From a virus: a DNA stretch of 64,000 bases. Below, in pieces: positions 21,058-28,880 of this stretch; position 1 is the stretch's first letter, and each line of letters starts with the position of its first letter. Position numbers and translations under genes: made by a program. The DNA lies in IMG/VR virus record IMGVR_UViG_3300046001_006061, positions 2,928 through 66,927 of that record, one strand, 5' to 3'. The notes below the pieces were generated by a model. It was not told the DNA's origin and did no database searches. It saw nothing but the letters and a program-made list of their open reading frames with translations.

Positions 21058-21095
21058 TGCGTAGTAGCGGATTATTAACGATAAATTTAATTAAA

Positions 21096-21563
21096 ATGAT
21101 GAAACATAAACAAAAACAACCTTACGGATGCGGTTTATATGCCGTTGCAAACGCCTGTAATTTAGACAACTTTATTACAGATGAAAGACTTGAAAAAAGT
21201 AAAACAGGAAATGTAATAGGGCAACTTTCAAAGTGGATGCAAGAAGATGGACACCCATTTTACATTGATACGCTTTACTATAACCACGTTGGAAAAAAGT
21301 TACCTAAAACGGCATTGGACTATAAACCAAGTGGAGAAGGAATACATTTTTTGCCTGTGCTTATAAATGTAAGATTTTCTGATGAAGGGAAAAATCATTT
21401 AGTAGGTGGGAAAATTGACAAAGAAGGCAAATTATATTTATACGATAGCCTTAAAGAAGAAATGATTGAAACAACGATGAGGCAGGTAAACAGAATGTAT
21501 CATCACGTTTACGGGTTGTTTTTGTTTATGGGTGTTGATAATGGAGAATATGTCTTTATATAG
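21096..21563 (+). CDS. cassette 5 ORF, papain-like cysteine peptidase
   Basis: Q..PYGCGLYAVAN nucleophile helix, NHLVG, LYLYDSL (Cys-His-Asp). Confidence 0.6.
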   Translation: MMKHKQKQPYGCGLYAVANACNLDNFITDERLEKSKTGNVIGQLSKWMQEDGHPFYIDTLYYNHVGKKLPKTALDYKPSGEGIHFLPVLINVRFSDEGKNHLVGGKIDKEGKLYLYDSLKEEMIETTMRQVNRMYHHVYGLFLFMGVDNGEYVFI

Positions 21564-21584
21564 CAGTAACGTAGCTATTACGCA

Positions 21585-21672
21585 TAACGTTTTGCGTATA
21601 TGAGAAGTGGCACTTGCAGAATGTTGAAAGTTAGCACGAATGTTTCTGTGCCATTTCTTATATACGCTGTTA
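21585..21672 (-). repeat. attC-like site 6
   Basis: TAAC GTTTT GCGTATATGAGAAGTGGCAC...GTGCCATTTCTTATATACGC T GTTA; near-copy of site 10. Confidence 0.85.
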
Positions 21673-21708
21673 TAAGCAGCCTTTTTATTAACTTAAATTA
21701 AAAACAAA

Positions 21709-21981
21709 ATGAGAAACTTTAAAACAAAAATTGAAGGACACGAAGAAGAGTTTGACTTTGAATGTTACGAAAATACAGAATCAATAGAAATTGGAGATAA
21801 ATATATTTTCTTTTTTGGTGGTATTGCAGACGTTCAAGTATGCGACTCTGAAAATGTAAAAGAAGAAGTAAACAAACACAATAGACCTTATCAGTACGAT
21901 AAAATTGATTTAACACACAATTTTTGGACTAAGTGTTTTAAAATTAAAGAAACAAATTTTGACCTTAGTACGGTTTTATAA
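21709..21981 (+). CDS. cassette 6 ORF, hypothetical
   Basis: 90 aa. Confidence 0.65.
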   Translation: MRNFKTKIEGHEEEFDFECYENTESIEIGDKYIFFFGGIADVQVCDSENVKEEVNKHNRPYQYDKIDLTHNFWTKCFKIKETNFDLSTVL

Positions 21982-21990
21982 GGTTGCTTA

Positions 21991-22084
21991 TAACGTTTTG
22001 CGGCTTTGTGTCTGTTTGCCCCTTGCACAAAAGTTTCAAGTTACCACAAATGTTGATGGGGCAAATAGCACAAAACCGCTGTTA
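21991..22084 (-). repeat. attC-like site 7
   Basis: Same family as site 5. Confidence 0.85.
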
Positions 22085-22136
22085 TATGCCGTTGTGGGTT
22101 GTCAAAAGGAATTTTAAAACTTAATAATTAAAAAAT

Positions 22137-22742
22137 ATGTATAAATGTAATATTTGTCCTGCTGAATTTAAAACAGAAAAGGGATTATCAAACCACAAAT
22201 GTAGGTGGATATGTAAAATATGTGGAACTAAACTTACCACACCAAAAGGTTATGATAGGCACTTGCAAAATCATAGTAACTCTGAAACAAGAAAAAAAGA
22301 ACAACAGATAAAGCAGGTTGAAGCACAAAAACAAAAAGATGAAGAATTTGCAATAAAATATCAAAAATTGATTGATATGGGTTTATTTAATCCATTACAT
22401 AATTCTGGCGATAGTGTTATTGTTTCTACATATATTGTAACAAAGCCAACTCACGAACAAAGGTTTAATAGAATGGTAAGAGTTCGGTATGAAGAGGAAA
22501 GAAGGTATGATGTATTTGATTGGATAATAGACAAAGCAATAGAACCAACAATTAACGATTTGTATAGGATTAATAATTGTATTGAGTTGAATAAACAATA
22601 TCCAATTCAATATTTAACAAAGAATTTTAAAGTAATTTCTGAATCCAATATTTTTCAAGATAGAACCAAAGCTATTGATGAGGCAACTAATAAAGGTAAA
22701 CAATATAAAGAGGCTTGTGACTTTGCTTCTATGTGTCGCTAA
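22137..22742 (+). CDS. cassette 7 ORF, tandem C2H2-type zinc-finger protein
   Basis: YKCNICPAEFKTEKGLSNH and CKICGTKLTTPKGYDRHLQNH. Confidence 0.7.
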   Translation: MYKCNICPAEFKTEKGLSNHKCRWICKICGTKLTTPKGYDRHLQNHSNSETRKKEQQIKQVEAQKQKDEEFAIKYQKLIDMGLFNPLHNSGDSVIVSTYIVTKPTHEQRFNRMVRVRYEEERRYDVFDWIIDKAIEPTINDLYRINNCIELNKQYPIQYLTKNFKVISESNIFQDRTKAIDEATNKGKQYKEACDFASMCR

Positions 22743-22752
22743 CAATGGCATA

Positions 22753-22840
22753 TAACGGGCGGACGCTTGCATTGCAGGTTGCAAAAACAATAATTATTCC
22801 TTACAGTAACTTGTCAGCAACTTGCTGCAAGCGTATGTTA
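22753..22840 (-). repeat. attC-like site 8
   Basis: TAAC GGGCGG ACGCTTGCA..GCAGGTTGC...GCAACTTGCTGCAAGCGT AT GTTA; family of site 1. Confidence 0.75.
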
Positions 22841-22899
22841 GAAGCAGTAAATTAAACCTTGTGCGTGGGGTTCACGCAAGCAAATTAGAAAATAAAATT

Positions 22900-23307
22900 A
22901 TGAAATCAACAGAAGAAGAAAAGAAAAAAGAAAAAATAGTTCAATCCGCTTACGGTAATCTTTATGAAAAATATAAAATAAACATAAATAAATACAGCGG
23001 ATTCACAGATACAAAAGAGGAAAAATTAGGATTCTCGCCATTGTCTGATGAAATTGAATATTTGGATTTTACTTGTAGTAATTTATGGAGACCAATTTCG
23101 TTAAAAGGAATAGAAAATAATAATGGGTGGATACGTATTGATAATAAACAATCAATTGAAAAAATAAATTATGTTGGATGGGCGTTCATACGTGTTTGTC
23201 GTGAAAATATTGAAGATATTTATTGTGAATATGTAGCAAATTCAATAGGCTATTTCTATGCTACTCATTACCAACCAATAATAAAACCTAAATCACCTCA
23301 TTTTTAG
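22900..23307 (+). CDS. cassette 8 ORF, phage hypothetical with DUF551-like C-terminus
   Basis: NNNGWIRI...ATHYQPIIKP. Confidence 0.6.
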   Translation: MKSTEEEKKKEKIVQSAYGNLYEKYKININKYSGFTDTKEEKLGFSPLSDEIEYLDFTCSNLWRPISLKGIENNNGWIRIDNKQSIEKINYVGWAFIRVCRENIEDIYCEYVANSIGYFYATHYQPIIKPKSPHF

Positions 23308-23348
23308 CGCAAAAGGCGGAAGCAAGCAAGGTTTAATTTATTGCTTTC

Positions 23349-23426
23349 TAACGTTTTCGGGCTTGGCGAAGTGGCTTTTGTGCGTTGGCTTGTGTGTCGG
23401 GAAGCCATTTTGCCAAACCCGTGTTA
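23349..23426 (-). repeat. attC-like site 9
   Basis: TAAC GTTTT CGGGCTTGGCGAAGTGGCT...AGCCATTTTGCCAAACCCG T GTTA; arms shared with site 12. Confidence 0.85.
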
Positions 23427-23486
23427 TACGCTGGCACGGGTAATTTAGTAGGAACTTAATTTGAAACACAAATAAAAATCAAAGCA

Positions 23487-23792
23487 ATGGCAACAGCAAT
23501 TTATGAAATACCGAACTCCGTAAAGGAAATGTTTGAACAAGGCGAAAATAGTTATCGCATAATTGACTATTCAATACAGGAAATGGACAATATCCAAAGT
23601 ATGCAACATTTCCTTGACTGCATAGGTGCAACAAGCGATAATATTGAAACAGACGATGGAACGCAAGTGGTAATTATTCATCCTGACTTTGACCACAAAC
23701 TTGTAATTGATAGTGGTGGGTTGGGCGATTTTTATTCTCACGGTTATGACGTAACTCTCTATTCGGAGACGGTCAGTAGTGCTTGCGTATAA
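23487..23792 (+). CDS. cassette 9 ORF, acidic hypothetical protein
   Basis: 101 aa; stop is the TAA of TAAC at 23790. Confidence 0.65.
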   Translation: MATAIYEIPNSVKEMFEQGENSYRIIDYSIQEMDNIQSMQHFLDCIGATSDNIETDDGTQVVIIHPDFDHKLVIDSGGLGDFYSHGYDVTLYSETVSSACV

Positions 23793-23877
23793 CGTTTTGC
23801 GTATATGAGAAGTGGCACTTGTAGAATGTTGAAATTTAGCACAAATGTTTCTGTGCCATTTCTTATATACGCTGTTA
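23790..23877 (-). repeat. attC-like site 10
   Basis: Near-copy of site 6. Confidence 0.85.
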
Positions 23878-23946
23878 CCTGCTGGTGCGGTTAATTTAGT
23901 AGAATTTTGATTTGAAAACGAATAGAAAATTTAAAAAGTTTTAGAG

Positions 23947-24192
23947 ATGGAAACACAAAAAATGTATGGAGTAGAATATAAAACAGATAGCAGTTCTACT
24001 TATGAAATATTTGAAAATTACGATGATGCGTTAGCTTTTGCTAATAGTAATGAAAATGCTATGTTTTTATTTACAGCAGACTTTAATAAGGACAGAGTTT
24101 ATTTAGATAGTGAAACTTGGAATTACGATGATTTTACCGACACTTTTATTAACCAAGAAATAATTGAAACTTATGAAATATATGGGAAGTAA
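23947..24192 (+). CDS. cassette 10 ORF a, acidic hypothetical protein
   Basis: 81 aa, D/E-rich. Confidence 0.6.
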   Translation: METQKMYGVEYKTDSSSTYEIFENYDDALAFANSNENAMFLFTADFNKDRVYLDSETWNYDDFTDTFINQEIIETYEIYGK

Positions 24193-24940
24193 GGCGAGAT
24201 TTAGTAAAGAGATTTTGCCGATAATATTAAAAGACAGAACAGCCGACCAATGGTATGTTGAGCCATTTGCAGGTGGAATGAACGCAATTTGTGATGTAGA
24301 TGGCAATAGACTTGCTAATGATAAAAACTACCACTTAATTGAAATGTGGAAAGGATTAACAAATGGCGTTAAATACCCAACAGACATACCAAAAGATTTG
24401 TATGACCTTGCAAGAGATGTTTATAATGGTAGAGAAACAAGGTTTGAACACAAAATGAATATGGCTGATGATATGGTGGGTTGGATTGGTTGGATGGGTT
24501 CTGCAAATGGTAGATTTTTTGATGGTGGATATTCTGGTAAATCAAATACCAAAATTGGAACGGTAAGAAATTACATTAAGGAAGCAATAAGTAATATTGA
24601 AAAGCAATTACCAAAGATGGTAGGTGTTAAATTTGAGAACAAAGATTATACTGAATTGCTATTACCCAATAACAGTATTATTTATTGCGACATTCCATAT
24701 CAAGGAACAAAACAATATTCAACATCAAAAGATTTTAACCATTCAAATTTTTGGAAATGGTGCAGAGAAAAGGCAAAGCAAGGACATACAATTTTTGTAA
24801 GTGAATACGAAGCACCTGCCGACTTTGAATGTGTTTGGCAAAAAGAGGCTAAATCTTCTTTATCGGCAAATGGTGTAATAGGTGGTAATAAGGTGAGTGT
24901 GGAAAAACTTTTTAAATTTTCTCCCACAAATGCTAATTAG
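24173..24940 (+). CDS. cassette 10 ORF b, Dam/D12-class DNA adenine methyltransferase
   Basis: KYMGSK, YVEPFAGG, AND.N, IYCDIPY, FVSEY. Confidence 0.9.
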   Translation: MKYMGSKARFSKEILPIILKDRTADQWYVEPFAGGMNAICDVDGNRLANDKNYHLIEMWKGLTNGVKYPTDIPKDLYDLARDVYNGRETRFEHKMNMADDMVGWIGWMGSANGRFFDGGYSGKSNTKIGTVRNYIKEAISNIEKQLPKMVGVKFENKDYTELLLPNNSIIYCDIPYQGTKQYSTSKDFNHSNFWKWCREKAKQGHTIFVSEYEAPADFECVWQKEAKSSLSANGVIGGNKVSVEKLFKFSPTNAN

Positions 24941-24964
24941 AAGCACGAATGTAGCACTTGCAGG

Positions 24965-25091
24965 TAACGGTCTGGGGCTTGTAGCAGAAGGGGAATTTGA
25001 AAAACTACTGCGCAATTAACCACCACAGCCTAATAGAAGTAATAAGGCTCAAAACTTCCACTTCTGCCCCTATTGCTACAAACCCTTGTTA
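24965..25091 (-). repeat. attC-like site 11
   Basis: Near-copy of site 2. Confidence 0.8.
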
Positions 25092-25139
25092 GCGGTTCGG
25101 GCTTGTTTTCACAAGGGTATAAATTTTAAATAAATAAAA

Positions 25140-25376
25140 ATGTCAGAGAAAAAAGTATCAGTTACCATTAAGTGTAAACAAGTAATGCACTTTGCTCAAA
25201 GTGTTGAAATGTCCGAAAGTGATTATGAGAAAATCAAAGATTTGGATTTTGAAGATGTCCACGAAATAAGAGAAAGAGAGCAGTATTCAGTTATTGAAGG
25301 ATATCTGAATTTTATGGATATTCTTGAAAGCGATGATGAATTTTTAGATGTCCAAATTACCAAAGATGAAGATTAG
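25140..25376 (+). CDS. cassette 11 ORF, acidic hypothetical protein
   Basis: 78 aa. Confidence 0.6.
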   Translation: MSEKKVSVTIKCKQVMHFAQSVEMSESDYEKIKDLDFEDVHEIREREQYSVIEGYLNFMDILESDDEFLDVQITKDED

Positions 25377-25400
25377 TAGGGTGTTTTTTAGCCTGACCGC

Positions 25401-25520
25401 TAACGTTTTCGGGCTTGGCGAAGTGGCTGAACGCGAAGCTAAATAGAATTACAAAACTTTAAAATTAAAAACGAATGATTGATAGAATTACTGAACAGCC
25501 ATTTTGCCAAACCCGTGTTA
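25401..25520 (-). repeat. attC-like site 12
   Basis: Arms as in site 9, longer loop containing the ATG of the next ORF. Confidence 0.85.
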
Positions 25521-26248
25521 GTGGCAGTACTTTTGTGAACGCAGACTGCTTTGATGTTTTTCCTTTTATTGAGGATAAATCAATTGATGCGATTATTTGC
25601 GATTTGCCTTATGGAACTACTGCTTGTAAGTGGGATAGTATCCTGCCATTAGACAAACTTTGGAATGAATACAAGCGTGTTTTAAAGCCAAACGGTGTTA
25701 TTTTACTTACTGCTTCGCAACCATTTACAACTGTTTTGATTGGAAATGATTTGAAAATGTTTAAGTATAATTTAGTTTGGGATAAAGTAGCTGTTACAAA
25801 TCCGATGTTGGCTAAAAAACAACCTATGAGATGCCACGAAGATGTATTGATTTTTTACGATAAGCAACCAACTTACAACCCACAAATGAGAGTAGGCGTA
25901 AAATGGAGTAGAGCAGGAAAAAAACAACATACAACAGATACTTTAGGGCAAAGCACGTTGTTTAATAATGGAAGCGATGAAAGTGAAATGAAATACCCTA
26001 AAAGTATTATCACATTTTCAAATGCTGACAAAACAAAAAACGAACATCCAACTCAAAAACCGATTGACTTAATGGAATGGTTGATTAAAACATATACAAA
26101 CGAAGGCGATATGGTATTAGACAATACAATGGGTTCAGGAACAACAAACTTGGCTTGTATTAAATTAAATCGCAAATCAATTGGAATAGAAAAGGAAAAA
26201 CAATATTACGATGTTGCTGTTCGGAGGGCTTCGGAGTATTGCCACTAA
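25475..26248 (+). CDS. cassette 12 ORF, N4/N6 (beta-class) DNA methyltransferase
   Basis: SIDAIICDLPYG, HPTQKP, VLDNTMGSGTT, GIEK. Confidence 0.92.
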   Translation: MIDRITEQPFCQTRVSGSTFVNADCFDVFPFIEDKSIDAIICDLPYGTTACKWDSILPLDKLWNEYKRVLKPNGVILLTASQPFTTVLIGNDLKMFKYNLVWDKVAVTNPMLAKKQPMRCHEDVLIFYDKQPTYNPQMRVGVKWSRAGKKQHTTDTLGQSTLFNNGSDESEMKYPKSIITFSNADKTKNEHPTQKPIDLMEWLIKTYTNEGDMVLDNTMGSGTTNLACIKLNRKSIGIEKEKQYYDVAVRRASEYCH

Positions 26249-26269
26249 CTATGTGATTGGCGCAACAAC

Positions 26270-27943
26270 ATGGTAATACAATCAATGATAACTAACATTT
26301 CAGCTATACCAACAGAAAGAATAATGAGTTGTGATTTTGTAATTATAACTCATTATTTACCGAACACAGATTATGTTTTTAGTGGCAATGAGGTTTACAA
26401 GAAAATAAACAGTAACCTAAAACCAGTATCAACTTATATGAGTGGTAGATGTAAGGTCGCTAAGATAAATACTAAGCCAAAAAGTTTAACATGGCTAAAA
26501 GCAAATAGAAAAAGCAAAATAGAAACTTTTATAAAAAACGTACAAATATTACCTTTTTAAACATGAAAAATAAACCAATCCCCAAATCCAAACTAGGGCG
26601 CAACAAAAACGAACTGCCAACAAAGCGTATTTCACGAAGAGTTGACCCTCGTATTTACGACAACTGTATTGACTACATAGCTAGTCAAGTTAAATTAATA
26701 AAGTCACAAAAAACACCAATCGAACAATGAAAAGAGCATTGCAAATTTTAGGAAACTTAGCTATATTAGCTGTGTTTATGTTTTATGTTTGGCAAACTTT
26801 AGTTAGATAGAATTATGACATTTAGCATATTCGAAGAAGACTTTACTCAACCGCAAAGACGAGGAGAACTAATAGCAACATTTACAATATCAAGTAAATT
26901 AACCAAACTCCAAAAGCGAGAAACAAGAGATTACTTTTGGCAAATAAAAGACTATCTTCAAAAAATAGAAAACAAAAATTTAATAATTAAAATAGGAGAA
27001 TAACATGGATAAATTAGCATTTTACATCATAATAGCAGTAATAGGAAGCGTTGTAGCTTGGTTTAGCTACATTGTTTACACTTTACTTCGTAGCCGCAAC
27101 ACACCGCAGCAAAAGGACAAAGACTTAGTTTTAATAAAATCTATTCGTTTTGAAATAGACGGCTTAAAGGATAGAGTTATTGAATTATACAAGCGTACCG
27201 AAGTTTACGAGATACACGATACCGATTCACCTATAATAGTGGTAACAATTGGTGAAGCAGTGGCGAGAATGAAGCATAAGCAAATATTTCTAAATTATAG
27301 ACAAGCGTGTTTAGATATGGATAGAATTTTTAAAGTAGTAGTAATAACAGTATAAATTATGGAACAGAAAATAAAAGAAGTACAAGAATACTTCAAACAA
27401 AAAATGCTTAAAGGCGAGTTTGTATTGGGCGAAAAAGTTGAACCAACATTTTCAGATATTATAATCGAGGATAGGTATAAATTTATAATTTGGATAAGTA
27501 CAACACATGATACCGCTAAAGTTTGGGAAAGTGTTGATAACCATTTTATCAAAGGAATTAAGTTTACAGATGAAGAGCAAATAGAGTTCCGTAAAATTAT
27601 AGAGCCAAAACTTGCATCATGGTATATAAAAATTGGACTACAACAAGATAAAGACGCTTTCAATAAATTAGCAGTTAAACTAGGTAAAGAACAAATAACC
27701 GAATAAATGAAACCACAAAGAGAAGCAGAATTTGCAATAGTTAGAGCAGCAGTACAAGCTACTAACGACCAAAAGCTAGTGTACGACCATTATAAACGTA
27801 TTACAGCAACAGACGAAGCCACCGAAGAAGATTATATCAAACTTGGTGAAGCAAAAGAAGCATGGAAACAAGCGGGTTTAAATTCGCAGCAAATGTTTTC
27901 ACTATACAATATTTCAGAATTAACAGCAATAAATCACAAATAA
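26270..27943 (+). other. run of small hypothetical genes (26270-26560, 26563-26730, 26815-27003, 27005-27355, 27359-27706, 27707-27943)
   Basis: Co-oriented, tightly packed ORFs. Confidence 0.6.
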
Positions 27944-27968
27944 ACAAAAATAAACAAAAAAAAATCAA

Positions 27969-28880
27969 ATGGAAAACGAAGAAATTCAAATTATTGATGC
28001 TGGAATTTACGAACAGCAAGACAGAGCAATCTTTGATGTGCAAATTGTTACGGCTAAAAAATATCCCCGTAATATTATGAGAGCAACCTCAAATGCTATT
28101 GCAATTGTTACTATGGACATGGAAACAGCAAAAGTATGTACCTATTCAGTTCCTAGAGGTGGAAAGTCAATTACAGGACCTTCTGTGCATTTAGCTAAAA
28201 TCTTATTGCAGCAATGGGGAAACTTGCGAGTAGAAGCAAAAGTTGTAGAAACAACCGATAGACAGTTGACAAGCGAAGCAGTTTGCTTTGACCTAGAAAC
28301 TAACATTGCAGTTAAGGTTCAAGTTAAGCGTTCTATTATGACTAGAAGTGGTAGAATGACAGACGACATGATTACTGTTACGGGTAATGCTGCAAATTCA
28401 ATAGCTTTAAGAAATGCTGTTTATAATGTAATCCCTAGAGGTGTTGTTGATAAAGTTTACGATTCAGCAAAGAAAATGATTACGGGAGATTTATCAAGTG
28501 AAACAAAATTAATTGCCAAGCGTAAGCAAGTTGTAGATGCCCTAAGAGATACTTACAACATAACCGAAGAAGAAGTATTAAAAGCAGTTGGGAAGGCAGC
28601 ACAATCGCAATTAACAACAGACGATATTATTACCTTAATCGGTATCGGGACAGCAATTAAAGACGGTGATACAACAGTAGATTTTGCTTTTAGAAACTTG
28701 AAAGGAAGTGTTATCGAAAACCCAACACCAACTAATCACGAAGAAGACCGAGTAAAATTGATGTTAAGTGACTGCAAAACCGCTAAAGAAGTTGACGAAT
28801 TAGCTAAGAACAACCCCGAAATTAGCCAAGAACTTGTAATTGCAAGAAAAGACGAATTAAAACAAGGGAAACTATTGTAA
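27969..28880 (+). CDS. putative single-strand annealing/recombination protein
   Basis: 303 aa, translationally coupled to an exonuclease; YSVPRGGK.ITGPSVHLA...WGN motif; family assignment is inference. Confidence 0.45.
   Translation: MENEEIQIIDAGIYEQQDRAIFDVQIVTAKKYPRNIMRATSNAIAIVTMDMETAKVCTYSVPRGGKSITGPSVHLAKILLQQWGNLRVEAKVVETTDRQLTSEAVCFDLETNIAVKVQVKRSIMTRSGRMTDDMITVTGNAANSIALRNAVYNVIPRGVVDKVYDSAKKMITGDLSSETKLIAKRKQVVDALRDTYNITEEEVLKAVGKAAQSQLTTDDIITLIGIGTAIKDGDTTVDFAFRNLKGSVIENPTPTNHEEDRVKLMLSDCKTAKEVDELAKNNPEISQELVIARKDELKQGKLL

Larger units (their letters stand above)
19061..26249. mobile_element. integron-like gene-cassette array (12 attC-like sites, 12 cassettes, no integrase in window)
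   Basis: Alternating TAAC-hairpin-GTTA elements and 1-2 gene units whose ends are complementary. Confidence 0.85.

Noticed and set aside
19166-22899. Shared N-terminal peptide RGVHASKLENKI in ORFs 19166 and 22822
   Set aside because: Artefact of upstream extension into the shared non-coding leader; the likely starts are ATG 19205 and 22900.
19061-26249. CRISPR array interpretation of the recurring palindromes
   Set aside because: Repeats are 78-127 bp and heterogeneous, separated by whole genes rather than 30-40 bp spacers; no cas genes.
19061-26249. Hairpins as simple terminators or REP elements
   Set aside because: No U-tails; invariant TAAC/GTTA boundaries and cassette-specific end complementarity are not explained by terminators or REPs.
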